From the NCBI RefSeq assembly GCF_035317785.1, contig NZ_DATHGC010000382.1:33098-97097 (forward strand): 64,000 nt of DNA, given 5' to 3'. The stretch comes from Pedobacter sp. Its GTDB lineage: Bacteria > Bacteroidota > Bacteroidia > Sphingobacteriales > Sphingobacteriaceae. Shown one piece after another: positions 50,863 through 61,305 of the stretch (positions within the stretch are counted from its first letter, which is position 1; each line of letters opens with the position of its first letter). Both the position numbers and the translations under genes were made by a program. The notes under the pieces were generated by a model that was not told the origin of the DNA, searched no databases, and saw nothing but the letters and a program-made list of their open reading frames with translations.

Positions 50863-51926
50863 TGAACAAACTAGACAGCGCCGGACACACCATTCATTTT
50901 GAATCACAGCTCGCACCATTAACAGAAATCTTAACGTCAGAGAAGTACAGCAAAATTTTTGTATTTGCTGACGGTCATACCTCTGAACTTTGCCTTCCCT
51001 TATTTCAGGAAATGCTTGGAGATTATACGGGCTTTGACCTGATTGAGACGGATCCGGGAGAGGAAAATAAAAATATAGACTTTTGTATCGGCATCTGGAA
51101 AACATTACTGGATTTTGGCGCAGACCGCAAGTGCTTAATGATCAATCTGGGTGGAGGCGTGATCACAGACATGGGCGGTTTTGTAGCTTCTACTTACAAA
51201 CGCGGAATCGATTTTATCAACATCCCCACTACCCTGCTCTCACAGGTTGATGCATCCGTAGGCGGTAAAACAGGGATCGATGTAGACAATGTAAAAAACA
51301 TGGTAGGTACTTTTACGCTGCCGCAAGCGGTCTTTATCGAGACTTCCTTTTTGAAAACTCTTCCAAAACGCGAATTGCTGTCCGGATTTGCAGAAATGAT
51401 TAAGCACGGGCTGATCGCAGACAGCTCCTATTATGAAGATCTTAAAAAATCCGATTATGAAGAGATCACTGCTCCTGCCATTTATCGTTCTGTAGAGATC
51501 AAAAATAAAGTTGTCACTGAAGATCCGCACGAAAAAGGCCTGCGCAAGATCTTAAATTATGGCCATACCATAGGTCATGCAATAGAAACCTATTCCCTGA
51601 TCAATGATAAAAAGCCATTGACCCATGGAGAAGCCATCGCCATTGGGATGATCTGTGAAGGGTACTTGTCGGCCGGCAACAACACGCTGACTCAAGCGGA
51701 ACTCACCGACATCAGCACTTATATTTTGGCGCTTTATCCGGACTATCACATTAAAAAAGAAAGTTTCGGACAATTGATGGAGTTCATGCAAAGCGACAAG
51801 AAAAACGAAAACGGGCAGATCATGTTTTCATTGCTTAGCAAAATCGGCGCCTGTGATTTTAACTGCAGGGTCTCTGCAGCAGCTATTTTGGAGAGTTTGG
51901 ATTACTATAACAGTTTGCCTAAATAG
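50862..51926 (+). CDS. aroB: 3-dehydroquinate synthase
   Basis: GEENK, LGGGVITD, PTTLL.QVDASVGGKTG, KNMVG, LNYGHT.GHA and HGEA motifs. Confidence 0.98.
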   Translation: MNKLDSAGHTIHFESQLAPLTEILTSEKYSKIFVFADGHTSELCLPLFQEMLGDYTGFDLIETDPGEENKNIDFCIGIWKTLLDFGADRKCLMINLGGGVITDMGGFVASTYKRGIDFINIPTTLLSQVDASVGGKTGIDVDNVKNMVGTFTLPQAVFIETSFLKTLPKRELLSGFAEMIKHGLIADSSYYEDLKKSDYEEITAPAIYRSVEIKNKVVTEDPHEKGLRKILNYGHTIGHAIETYSLINDKKPLTHGEAIAIGMICEGYLSAGNNTLTQAELTDISTYILALYPDYHIKKESFGQLMEFMQSDKKNENGQIMFSLLSKIGACDFNCRVSAAAILESLDYYNSLPK

Positions 51927-51998
51927 GTATAAGTGTTAAAATTCTGAAGTTCAGCAACAAAACCTGAGAAACAGTAAATAATTTTTTTTAAATAAGTA

Positions 51999-52028
51999 TT
52001 GACAAATTAAATTTTGTTAGTACATTTG
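51999..52028 (+). promoter_or_regulatory. Bacteroidota housekeeping promoter of the leader-pheA operon
   Basis: TTG-19 nt-TACATTTG matches the -33/-7 (TTTG/TAnnTTTG) consensus. Confidence 0.7.
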
Positions 52029-52057
52029 GCGAAACAAAAAGAAACAATAGGTTCTAA

Positions 52058-52120
52058 ATGAAAAATATCACTACATATTGGTTTGGTTACTTCTACTACT
52101 TTAGTAAGAGCCGGGACTAA
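52058..52120 (+). CDS. Aromatic-amino-acid-rich attenuation leader peptide (MKNITTYWFGYFYYFSKSRD)
   Basis: 20-codon ORF in which 8 of 9 consecutive codons are Tyr/Trp/Phe. It lies upstream of aromatic biosynthesis genes and overlaps an antiterminator arm. Confidence 0.88.
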   Translation: MKNITTYWFGYFYYFSKSRD

Positions 52121-52153
52121 TATGCAATGATATCAACAAGATAAATGTATACG

Positions 52154-52183
52154 AAAGTCCCGGCCAAACGCCGGGACTTTTTT
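52154..52183 (+). terminator. Attenuator terminator hairpin
   Basis: AAAGTCCCGGC-CAAAC-GCCGGGACTTTTTT. The 5' arm can alternatively pair with GCCGGGACT at 52110-52118 in the leader ORF. Confidence 0.9.
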
Positions 52184-52241
52184 ATTAAGCACAAAAAACA
52201 AAGCAATACCGTCCGGCAAAGGGCAAAGCATTAATAAGAAA

Positions 52242-53075
52242 ATGAAAAAACCAACAAGAGTAGCAATTCAGGGTATCAAAGCGTCTTTCCATGAAGAAGC
52301 TGCCTTCAAGTTCTTTGGGAACGACATTCAGACCGTTGAATGCAGTTCTTTTAAACAAACTTGTGAGGTACTGGAAAACAAGGAAGCTGACTATGTCATC
52401 ATGGCTATAGAAAATTCTATTGCCGGCAGCCTGTTGCCCAATTACACCTTAATAAGAGAATACAACTTTGCAGTTGTTGGTGAAGTTTACCTTGCTATTC
52501 AATTGCACTTAATGGCTCTACCCGGTGTAAAATTTAAGGATATAAAATTTGCAACCTCCCATCCTATTGCGCTTCGTCAGTGTGTTGATTTTTTTTACGA
52601 CTTCCCTCATATCCAGGTAATCGAAGGCAGTGATACAGCAGCCTGCGCCAAAAAGATCAAAGAAGAACAGCTTACGGACACAGTCGCCATAGCAAATACA
52701 CTTGCTGCCGAACTATATGGTCTGAACATTATTGAACGAAGGATAGAGTCCAACAAAAAGAATTTTACCCGTTTTCTGATCCTTAAAGATGATAAATCCG
52801 AACAAGTGAAAGAGATTAACAAAGCGTCGATCTGCTTCCAGGTAAGCAATCACGTGGGTGCGTTATCTAAAGTACTGAACATATTTGCCGAACAGCAGGT
52901 GAACCTGACCAAGATCCAAAGCATGCCCGTACTCGGAAAAAGAAACGACTATTACTTTTACGTGGATGTGGAATGGAACAACATGGAAGGCTACGACAAA
53001 GCTGTACGTCAGGCATTAAAATACACCGTGAACTTTAACATTATGGGTGAATACAAAAAGAACGATAAAGTATAG
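52242..53075 (+). CDS. pheA: Prephenate dehydratase with ACT domain
   Basis: VAIQG, AIENSIAG, SHP.AL.QC, N.TRFLIL and NLTKIQS.P motifs. Confidence 0.95.
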   Translation: MKKPTRVAIQGIKASFHEEAAFKFFGNDIQTVECSSFKQTCEVLENKEADYVIMAIENSIAGSLLPNYTLIREYNFAVVGEVYLAIQLHLMALPGVKFKDIKFATSHPIALRQCVDFFYDFPHIQVIEGSDTAACAKKIKEEQLTDTVAIANTLAAELYGLNIIERRIESNKKNFTRFLILKDDKSEQVKEINKASICFQVSNHVGALSKVLNIFAEQQVNLTKIQSMPVLGKRNDYYFYVDVEWNNMEGYDKAVRQALKYTVNFNIMGEYKKNDKV

Positions 53076-53130
53076 TTCTCCCGTCGGCCCGCTTAAATAA
53101 AATATTAACACATTATCAAACCCCAAAAAA

Positions 53131-54270
53131 ATGAAATTACAATTGAACATCCAGCCATTAAACACCTGGCTAAACATTAAAAACGAGCCATTGATCATCT
53201 CTGGTCCCTGCAGTGCTGAAACAGAAGAACAACTGCTGACCACAGCTCATTTGCTGGCCGCGACAGGAAAAGTATCTGTATTGAGAGCTGGTATCTGGAA
53301 ACCACGTACCCGTCCGGGAGAATTTGAAGGTATTGGAAGCATCGGACTGGAATGGCTGAAAAGAGCTAAAGCAGAAACAGGCTTACCAACTGCCGTTGAA
53401 GTTGCGAATGCAAAACATGTAGAGGAAGCTTTGGCTGCCGGCGTAGATATCTTATGGATTGGCGCGCGTTCTACAGTTAACCCGTTTACAGTTCAGGAAA
53501 TCGCTGATGCCTTAAAAGGCGTAGACATTCCGGTATTGGTAAAAAACCCGGTTAACCCGGATCTGCAATTATGGGCAGGTGCATTGGAGCGTATCAACCG
53601 TGCTGGTATTACCAAGTTAGGTGCCATTCACCGCGGTTTCTCTTCGTTCGAGAAAAGCTCATTCCGTAACGAACCCATGTGGGAACTTGCGATCCAGTTG
53701 AAAACATTATTACCTGACCTTCCAATCATCAATGATCCAAGTCATATCTGCGGTAACCGCGAACTGATCCCTTACATTTCTCAAAAAGCATTGGATTTAG
53801 ATATGCAAGGATTAATGATCGAGTCACATGTAGATCCTTCTGTTGCCTGGACAGACGCTAAACAACAGCTTACTCCTGCTGCCCTTGGTGAACTTGCAGA
53901 ACGTTTAACGGTTCGTGAACCAGAATCTAAAAACGAAGCTTTCGTTGATCAGCTTGCAGATTTGCGTAAGCAGATTGACAAAATAGATGATATTTTATTG
54001 CAGAAATTAGGTGAGCGCATGGCTATTGTTGGTAAAATTGGTGAATTTAAACGTGACAACCAGGTAACTATCTTACAAGTAAACCGCTGGGATGCGATTA
54101 TTAAAAAAGGAATCTCATTTGCAAAAGCGTTGAACCTGGATGTAAACTTCACTGAAAAATTCCTGGAGCTTGTTCATGGTGAATCTATCCGTAAACAAAC
54201 TGAGATCATGAACGCGGGCAAAGCCGAACAGGGTATTGCAGCAGAAGCACATACAGAAGTTAAATCTTAA
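53131..54270 (+). CDS. Bifunctional DAHP synthase (type I-beta) / chorismate mutase type II
   Basis: ISGPCSAE, WKPRT, WIGAR, HRGF and DPSH, then C-terminal LR.QID.ID...L.ERM...IG.FK. Confidence 0.93.
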   Translation: MKLQLNIQPLNTWLNIKNEPLIISGPCSAETEEQLLTTAHLLAATGKVSVLRAGIWKPRTRPGEFEGIGSIGLEWLKRAKAETGLPTAVEVANAKHVEEALAAGVDILWIGARSTVNPFTVQEIADALKGVDIPVLVKNPVNPDLQLWAGALERINRAGITKLGAIHRGFSSFEKSSFRNEPMWELAIQLKTLLPDLPIINDPSHICGNRELIPYISQKALDLDMQGLMIESHVDPSVAWTDAKQQLTPAALGELAERLTVREPESKNEAFVDQLADLRKQIDKIDDILLQKLGERMAIVGKIGEFKRDNQVTILQVNRWDAIIKKGISFAKALNLDVNFTEKFLELVHGESIRKQTEIMNAGKAEQGIAAEAHTEVKS

Positions 54271-54272
54271 CA

Positions 54273-55526
54273 ATGAGCAAAAATGCGCTTGTTTCCTTTA
54301 CCGGAAACAAACATATCAATACAGAAATAACACTTACGGGGTCCAAAAGCGAGTGTAACAGGGCACTAATTATCAGTTCACTTAGTAAGGGGTTGGTGAA
54401 AGTTGACAATGTGTCCAACGCGGCAGATACGGTTACCCTGAATGGTATTTTAAACAATATCTCGCATGACAGCCCACATCAGCAAACAGTTGATGTAGGG
54501 CCTGCGGGAACTGCAATGCGTTTTTTAACTGCGTATCTTTCTGCACTGCCCGGAAAATTCTTTTTAACCGGAACTGAACGAATGAAGCAGCGTCCAATAG
54601 GCATTTTAGCTGAAGCGCTCAAAGCCATTGGCGCTGACCTGTCCTACGCCCAGCAGGAAGGATATCCTCCTTTGCTGATCAACGGGCCTCTGCAGCAAAG
54701 CACAGACACAGTTAAGATCAAAGGCGATGTGAGCAGCCAGTACCTCTCGGCGCTGTTGATGATCGCTCCAACTCTTCAACAAGGATTAACATTGCAAATT
54801 GAGGGGGAACTTACCTCTCTTCCCTATGTAAAGATGACCCTGGATATGCTGGAAGAGGCAGGAATTTCACACAGCTGGAATGACAGCAGCATCACCATCA
54901 AGCCTCAGCCTTTTAAACCTGCTGTGCTTACGGTAGAGCCGGACTGGAGCGCCGCCTCTTATTGGTACAGTATTGCTGCACTCCTGGACAACGGACAGAT
55001 CAGCCTTCCGTACCTAAAAGGCAAAAGCCTGCAGGGCGACAGCCGGATACGTGAGATCATGGTGGCTTTTGGTGTCCGGACCAGTAAAACTGATAATGGA
55101 ATCGCTGTTACATCAACCGAACAGAATTTCAGCGATGAAATACTGGACCTGAAAGATTGCCCTGATCTGGCACAGACGATCATTGTATGTGCAGCCGCAT
55201 TAAAGAAAAATCTCGCCTTTACGGGCCTGGAGACGCTCAAGATCAAGGAGACAGACCGTATCCTTGCATTACAAAATGAACTGGGCAAAATTGGGGTAAC
55301 GCTCACGGAAAACAATCTTATTTATACCTTAAATTGCGATGGACTTAATTTCCCTGACCGGGTAAGTTTCAAAACTTATGAAGATCACAGGATGGCCATG
55401 GCATTTGCTCCGTTGAGCCTGCTCATCAAAGAAATTGTACTTGAAGATATGGATGTCGTAGAAAAGTCTTATCCGGATTTCTGGAAGGACTTGCAAAAGG
55501 CAGAATTTACAGTTAAAGAAGTTTAA
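54273..55526 (+). CDS. aroA: EPSP synthase
   Basis: GSKS, GTAMRF, RP, SSQY.SAL, KETDRI, DHRMAM and KSYPDF motifs. Confidence 0.97.
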   Translation: MSKNALVSFTGNKHINTEITLTGSKSECNRALIISSLSKGLVKVDNVSNAADTVTLNGILNNISHDSPHQQTVDVGPAGTAMRFLTAYLSALPGKFFLTGTERMKQRPIGILAEALKAIGADLSYAQQEGYPPLLINGPLQQSTDTVKIKGDVSSQYLSALLMIAPTLQQGLTLQIEGELTSLPYVKMTLDMLEEAGISHSWNDSSITIKPQPFKPAVLTVEPDWSAASYWYSIAALLDNGQISLPYLKGKSLQGDSRIREIMVAFGVRTSKTDNGIAVTSTEQNFSDEILDLKDCPDLAQTIIVCAAALKKNLAFTGLETLKIKETDRILALQNELGKIGVTLTENNLIYTLNCDGLNFPDRVSFKTYEDHRMAMAFAPLSLLIKEIVLEDMDVVEKSYPDFWKDLQKAEFTVKEV

Positions 55527-55555
55527 TCAGATCAGTAAACGTTAATACTATTAAA

Positions 55556-56647
55556 ATGGCAGGTAATACATTCGGACAAATATTTCGCATCACTACATTT
55601 GGTGAATCACATGGAGTCGCAATTGGCGTAATCCTGGATGGCTGTCCTGCACAATTGCCAATTGACCTGGATTTCATTCAGTCAGAACTGGACAAACGCA
55701 AACCCGGACAATCAAAAATCACTACCCAGCGTAAAGAAAGTGATGTCGTACAAATCCTGTCCGGGACATTTGACGGCAAAAGCACAGGTACTCCTATAGC
55801 TATGCTAATTCCCAATGAAGACCAGCGCAGCAAAGACTACAGCCACAATACCGATGTCTACAGACCTTCCCATGCCGATTATACATATGATGCCAAATAT
55901 GGCATCCGTGATCACCGCGGAGGTGGCCGCTCTTCCGCAAGAGAGACCGCAGCAAGAGTAGCCGCAGGTGCGATTGCCAAGTTATTTTTAAAGCATCATG
56001 GCGTCGAGATCTTTGCCCATGTTTCTTCCGTTGGAAAAATACAAGCCCCGAATCTGGAAGGCAATGACATCAGCGAATTGCTGGCTGTGCGCGAGGACAA
56101 TATTGTTCGCTGCGCGGATCCCGCCACTGCAAACCAAATGATTGAGTTTATAGACGGCATAAGGAAAGATGGAGACACTGTAGGCGGAAAGATCAACTGC
56201 ATCGTCAAAAACTGTCCTGTTGGTCTTGGTGATCCTGTGTTTGATAAATTGCATGCCGACCTGGGCAAAGCCATGCTAAGCATCAACGCGGTACATGGAT
56301 TTGAATATGGTTCAGGATTCATGGGAAGTGAAATGAAGGGATCTGAACACAATGACATCTTCCTGGCCAGTCAGACGGGAACACCAAAAACATTAACAAA
56401 TTTTTCAGGGGGAATTCAGGGGGGAATCTCCAATGGTATGGAGATCAACTTTACCGTAGCATTTAAACCTGTTGCGACGATCATGCACAATCAGCAAACC
56501 ATAAACGCCGCTGGAGAGGCTGCAGAGATAAAAGGTAAAGGCCGTCACGATCCATGTGTAGTGCCAAGAGCGGTGGTCATCGTAGAAGCCATGGCTGCTT
56601 TGGTCCTTGCAGATCATCTGCTGAGAAACAAAACAAGCAGGTTATAA
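55556..56647 (+). CDS. aroC: Chorismate synthase
   Basis: [34 protein letters not shown] and RHDPC motifs. Confidence 0.99.
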   Translation: MAGNTFGQIFRITTFGESHGVAIGVILDGCPAQLPIDLDFIQSELDKRKPGQSKITTQRKESDVVQILSGTFDGKSTGTPIAMLIPNEDQRSKDYSHNTDVYRPSHADYTYDAKYGIRDHRGGGRSSARETAARVAAGAIAKLFLKHHGVEIFAHVSSVGKIQAPNLEGNDISELLAVREDNIVRCADPATANQMIEFIDGIRKDGDTVGGKINCIVKNCPVGLGDPVFDKLHADLGKAMLSINAVHGFEYGSGFMGSEMKGSEHNDIFLASQTGTPKTLTNFSGGIQGGISNGMEINFTVAFKPVATIMHNQQTINAAGEAAEIKGKGRHDPCVVPRAVVIVEAMAALVLADHLLRNKTSRL

Positions 56648-56666
56648 CCTGCTTGTTTTGTTTTAT

Positions 56667-59090
56667 CTAAAATATCGCCGGATACTTACCAGGATTACTC
56701 TCATTCATCATATTGTAAACCACTTCTATTACATCATCAGCAGAAGGCTTACTAAAATAATCACCGTCTGATCCATAAGGCGGCCTGTGCGCTTTGGCAG
56801 TCAATGTCCTTGGCTGACCGTCCAGGTGGTAATATCCATTTTGTTCCTCCAGTATCTGCAGCAAAATGAAAGCAGCCCCGCCTCCGGGAACGTCTTCATC
56901 CACCACCAGCAGTTTATTGGTTTTTGACAGTGACAAGGCACAGATCTGCGCTTTATCAAAAGGCAAAAGCGTTTGCGGATCTATGATCTCAACCGATATG
57001 CCGAGCAGCGCGAGTTCTTCGGCTGCTTCTTCCACGATCCTCAAGGTCGAACCGTAAGATATCACAGTGATATCTGTGCCTTCTTTGATAACCTCAGCTT
57101 TTCCTAAGGCCACAGTATATTCGCCAATGTTTTCCGGCAGCTTTTCTTTCAATCTGTAGCCGTTTAAACATTCAATCAGTAAAGCAGGTTCATCAGACCT
57201 GAACAATGTATTGTACATTCCCGCAGCCTGTGTCATGTTGCGCGGAACACAAATGTGAAGTCCCCTCAAAGAACCGAGTATCATAGACATCGGCGAACCA
57301 GAATGCCAGACACCCTCCAGTCGGTGTCCTCTGGTTCTGATGATCAGCGGGGCTTTTTGGCCTGCCTTAGTCCGATACGACAAACTAGCCAGATCATCAC
57401 TAAGTACATTTAACGCAAAGATCAAATAGTCGAGATATTGTATTTCAGCTATGGGCTTCAAACCACGCAGGGCCAGTCCAATTCCCTGACCAATAATGGT
57501 CATCTCTCTGATGCCGGTATCGGTAATCCTGAGCTCACCATATTTAGCCTGCAAACCTGCAAAACCCTGGTTTACGTCTCCAATAGCCCCAAGATCTTCG
57601 CCAAATGCCACCAATCGCTTATCACGGGCAAAATTAGCATCAAAACAGGCATTTAATATTTCCCGTCCGTCGACCATCCGGCTTTCTTCATTATATACAG
57701 CAGGGACCTGAGCGACCAGAAAAGGACTCTCGTTGCCATCAGTAAATAATTTGGAATGATACTTATCCTCAATGAGGTCAGCCTGGGCAGCATACCATTG
57801 CAGCAAGGTATCCCTTTCAGGGGATGGACTGTTAACCGTAAGGCGCAATGTTTTTCTCACAGACGAGATGACCTCCTTACGGAATGCATCCGGTGTCGAC
57901 GATAACAGGGAAGATATCTTCCTGATTCCAGGGTTCCGGTCGGCGAGGGTATTGATCATTTCCACAACCAGGTCCTTTTCACCTTTAATCGTTGCTAAAA
58001 ATTCATTCCATGCTTCTTTTTGTGTATCCCGGACAAATATCTTTGCCGAACTTTCCAGTTCTTCGATTTCCTCTTCGGTAGCGATAGCAGATTCAATCAT
58101 CCATTTACGCATCTGAATGATACAATCGTATTCTTTCTCCCAGTCGAGCCGCGACTGTTCCTTATAGCGTTCATGCGATCCCGAAGTGGAATGTCCCTGA
58201 GGCTGGGTTACTTCGGTCACATGGATCAGTACCGGGACATGCTCAGCTCTGCAAACATCAATGGCACGCTGATAAGTTTCACACAAGGCCGGATAATCCC
58301 AGCCCCTAACCTTATAGATCTCATAACCGGGCGCATTTTCGTCTCTTTGAAGGCCTTTTAGTATCTCAGAAATGTCTTCTTTTGTGGTCTGATATTTTGC
58401 AGGGACAGATATTCCGTAACCATCATCCCAAACCGACATGGCCATGGGAATCTGCAGAACTCCCGCAGCATTGATCGCTTCGAAGAACACTCCTTCCGAT
58501 GTAGAAGCATTACCAATGGTACCAAAGGCAACCTCATTCCCCTTTACCGAGAAATTCTTTAAATATTCCAGCTCAGGGTTCAGTCTGTATAATTTAGACG
58601 CATAGGCCAAACCTACCAGTCTGGCCATCTGTCCGCCGGTCGGGGCAATATCCGCCGAACTGTTCTTAATTTCAGTCAGGTCTTTCCAGCTTCCGTCCTC
58701 ATTGATCGAACGGGTGGCAAAGTGGCAGTTCATCTGTCTTCCTGCCGATGCCGGATCAGCCTCAATGCTTGGATTGGCATACAACTGCGCAAAAAATTCT
58801 TTTAGTGTACAAATACCGGTGGCGAATGCGAAGGTCTGATCCCTGTAATAGCCGGAGCGCCAGTCGCCGTTTTTAAAAGCTTTTGCCATAGCAATCTGCG
58901 GCAGCTCTTTACCATCCCCAAAAATACCAAACTTGGCCTTACCCGTCAACACCTCTTTTCGACCTAATAAGCTGGCTTGCCTGCTTTCATAAGCGATCTT
59001 ATAATCATTAATAACAATGGTTTTGAAATCATCAAAACTTAATTCTGAGGCATCGATTGGATTAGTGGTGAGTTTTATATCTGGCATCAT
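56667..59090 (-). CDS. Fused E1 alpha/beta 2-oxoacid dehydrogenase (branched-chain type)
   Basis: GKE, YYRD, GHSTSG, FGED, DTGIRE and AEIQYLDY motifs with a transketolase-like C-terminus. Start placed at MMPDIK. Confidence 0.9.
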   Translation of the reverse strand: MMPDIKLTTNPIDASELSFDDFKTIVINDYKIAYESRQASLLGRKEVLTGKAKFGIFGDGKELPQIAMAKAFKNGDWRSGYYRDQTFAFATGICTLKEFFAQLYANPSIEADPASAGRQMNCHFATRSINEDGSWKDLTEIKNSSADIAPTGGQMARLVGLAYASKLYRLNPELEYLKNFSVKGNEVAFGTIGNASTSEGVFFEAINAAGVLQIPMAMSVWDDGYGISVPAKYQTTKEDISEILKGLQRDENAPGYEIYKVRGWDYPALCETYQRAIDVCRAEHVPVLIHVTEVTQPQGHSTSGSHERYKEQSRLDWEKEYDCIIQMRKWMIESAIATEEEIEELESSAKIFVRDTQKEAWNEFLATIKGEKDLVVEMINTLADRNPGIRKISSLLSSTPDAFRKEVISSVRKTLRLTVNSPSPERDTLLQWYAAQADLIEDKYHSKLFTDGNESPFLVAQVPAVYNEESRMVDGREILNACFDANFARDKRLVAFGEDLGAIGDVNQGFAGLQAKYGELRITDTGIREMTIIGQGIGLALRGLKPIAEIQYLDYLIFALNVLSDDLASLSYRTKAGQKAPLIIRTRGHRLEGVWHSGSPMSMILGSLRGLHICVPRNMTQAAGMYNTLFRSDEPALLIECLNGYRLKEKLPENIGEYTVALGKAEVIKEGTDITVISYGSTLRIVEEAAEELALLGISVEIIDPQTLLPFDKAQICALSLSKTNKLLVVDEDVPGGGAAFILLQILEEQNGYYHLDGQPRTLTAKAHRPPYGSDGDYFSKPSADDVIEVVYNMMNESNPGKYPAIF

Positions 59091-59222
59091 AAGCAAATCG
59101 GTATGCGGCAAAGATACATAAAATCTAAAGTATGACTCAACTGTGTGCGGTAATTTTATATGTTGGAATACTTTTTGAATTATCACATAAAACATTAAAT
59201 TTGTTTTATAAACTCACATAAC

Positions 59223-59612
59223 ATGAAAAAGCTAATACTGCTATTTACATTAATTTTAGGAATAAGTGTTGCAGCAAATGCTCAGGCTAAACCCGCTGAA
59301 TTTAAGTTTGACAAGGAAACCTTCGACTTTGGAATGATTGCTGCCAACAAACCAGCAGTTGTCGATTTTAAGTTTACCAACACCGGAGATGAGCCTCTGA
59401 TCATTAGCAAGGTGGAGACTTCCTGCGGATGTACCGTTCCTGAATACACTCAAACACCTGTAAAAAAAGGCGGATCAGGTATTATTAAGGTTACATACAA
59501 CCCAACAAGCACATTGCCTTTTAACAAATCTATTACCATCCTCTCTAATGCGAAAACCACTACAAAAGTGCTTTACATTAAAGGAAACGTTCCGCCGACA
59601 GCAACCAAATAG
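59223..59612 (+). CDS. DUF1573 domain exported protein
   Basis: Signal peptide, FDFG, F.FTNTG..PL.I, SCGCT and FNKSI motifs. Confidence 0.92.
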   Translation: MKKLILLFTLILGISVAANAQAKPAEFKFDKETFDFGMIAANKPAVVDFKFTNTGDEPLIISKVETSCGCTVPEYTQTPVKKGGSGIIKVTYNPTSTLPFNKSITILSNAKTTTKVLYIKGNVPPTATK

Positions 59613-59635
59613 ATTCACACTAAGATATTTTTTAA

Positions 59636-59665
59636 AAAAAACCTCGTTAATCAACGAGGTTTTTT
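59636..59665 (+). terminator. Intrinsic terminator after the DUF1573 gene
   Basis: AAAAAACCTCGTT-AATC-AACGAGGTTTTTT. Confidence 0.8.
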
Positions 59666-59676
59666 ACTTTTGTTCC

Positions 59677-60879
59677 ATGCTAACTATTTCAGAGAAAGGG
59701 ATTCAGATGCCTGCATCCCCGATAAGAAAACTAACCCCTTACGCTGACAAAGCCAAAGCAGAGGGCAAAAAAGTTTACCATCTTAATATCGGACAGCCAG
59801 ACATAGCTACTCCGGAAGGCATGCTCAATGCCATAAAGAACATCGATTTTAATGTTTGGGCATACACGGCCTCAGAAGGTACGCTCAGTTACAGAACCAA
59901 ACTTACAGAGTACTACAATAAACTGGGCTACAACATCAGTCCCGAAGATATACTCGTCACTGTTGGAGGCTCAGAAGCCATAACTATTGCGATGCAAACC
60001 TGTATAAACGAAGGAGACGAGGTCATCATTCCCGAACCTTTTTATGCCAACTACAATGGTTTTGCCTGTATGAGCAATGTAGTTGTAAAACCTATATTGT
60101 CTTACATAGAGAACGGCTTTGCCTTACCTCCAATCGCAGAATTTGAGAAACTGATCACGCCAAAAACAAAAGCCATTCTGATTTGCAGTCCGAACAACCC
60201 AACAGGATATTTGTACTCGAGGGCAGAAATGGAAGCATTAAAAGTATTGTGCGTGAAATACGATCTGTTCCTGATGGCAGACGAAGCCTACCGGGAGTTC
60301 TGCTATGATGGCAGGGAATTTGTCTCTCCAATGCACCTGAGCGGCCTTGACGAACACGTAGTCCTGCTTGATACGGTATCGAAGCGTTACAGTGCCTGCG
60401 GAGCCAGACTTGGCTGTATCATCACTAAGAATAAAGCAGTGATCCAGGCAGCACTAAAGTTTGCCCAGACCAGGTTAAGTCCGGGTATGGTGGAACAAAT
60501 AGCAGGTACTGCAGCCGTTGACACTCCTGACAGTTACTTTGAAGCCGTAAACAAGGAATATACCCTGCGCAGGGACACACTGGTCAAAAGACTCAACAAC
60601 ATAGACGGCGTTTTTTGTCCGAACCCGGGAGGAGCTTTTTATATCGTGGCCAAACTGCCGATAGACGACTCAGACAAATTCTGTCAATGGATACTGGAAC
60701 ACTTTAACCACGAAGGCGCCACTGTCATGATGGCACCCGCAACAGGATTTTACTCGACAAAAGGATCCGGAAAAAATGAAGTAAGGATGGCCTATGTACT
60801 TAATACAGAGGCTTTAAACAGGGCTATGGACTGCCTTGAACATGCTTTAAAGCAATATCCGGGCAGAACTCTGGCATAA
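59677..60879 (+). CDS. PLP-dependent class I/II aminotransferase (aspartate aminotransferase-like)
   Basis: LNIGQPD, GGSEA, SPNNPTG, DEAY and SK.YS.CG.R.G motifs. Start placed at ATG 59677. Confidence 0.95.
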   Translation: MLTISEKGIQMPASPIRKLTPYADKAKAEGKKVYHLNIGQPDIATPEGMLNAIKNIDFNVWAYTASEGTLSYRTKLTEYYNKLGYNISPEDILVTVGGSEAITIAMQTCINEGDEVIIPEPFYANYNGFACMSNVVVKPILSYIENGFALPPIAEFEKLITPKTKAILICSPNNPTGYLYSRAEMEALKVLCVKYDLFLMADEAYREFCYDGREFVSPMHLSGLDEHVVLLDTVSKRYSACGARLGCIITKNKAVIQAALKFAQTRLSPGMVEQIAGTAAVDTPDSYFEAVNKEYTLRRDTLVKRLNNIDGVFCPNPGGAFYIVAKLPIDDSDKFCQWILEHFNHEGATVMMAPATGFYSTKGSGKNEVRMAYVLNTEALNRAMDCLEHALKQYPGRTLA

Positions 60880-60908
60880 TTTTAGTACTTTTGTAATTAC
60901 TAACAAAT

Positions 60909-61271
60909 GGGGCCGTCTTGGATTTGACAGGGTGGAGCTAAGTATGTTAGCATGCAGTGCGTTGTACGGAGAGCACTTAAAAGAGAACGTTCACACTATA
61001 ATTGGCGAAAATAACTACGCCTTAGCTGCTTAATTTAGAATTAAATAGCTTTTGTCCCTCTGGCTGCTGCGATGTTAGGTCAGAATATGGGGCATCGAAA
61101 TAACAACGCTGGCAATTGTAAGGTACGGTACAATTGCGAGATAAAGTACCTAAGGTGAACGGCTAGGTCGGCTTCCAGCCCGCCAGATCCCGACAATTGA
61201 TTGGAAGATAAGCATGTAGAAGGCATAATTTATCACACAACTGGACAAGGGTTCGAAACCCTTCGGCTCCA
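60909..61271 (+). ncRNA. ssrA: tmRNA
   Basis: 5' GGGGCCGTCTTGGATTTGAC, tag ORF GENNYALAA* at 61004-61033, 3' GGGTTCGAAACCCTTCGGCTCCA, and a TACTTTTG promoter element at 60886. Confidence 0.97.
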
Positions 61272-61275
61272 CATT

Positions 61276-61305
61276 AGGGAGGATTTTTTAAATCCTCCCT
61301 TTTTT
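61276..61305 (+). terminator. Terminator downstream of ssrA, overlapping the GDPD stop
   Basis: AGGGAGGATTT-TTT-AAATCCTCCCT-TTTTT. Confidence 0.8.

Noticed and set aside
52058-56647. Functional link between the aromatic operon and the putative oxazolone pathway
   Set aside because: Known oxazolones derive from aromatic amino acids, but the loci are about 17 kb apart with unrelated genes between them and no shared motif was seen.
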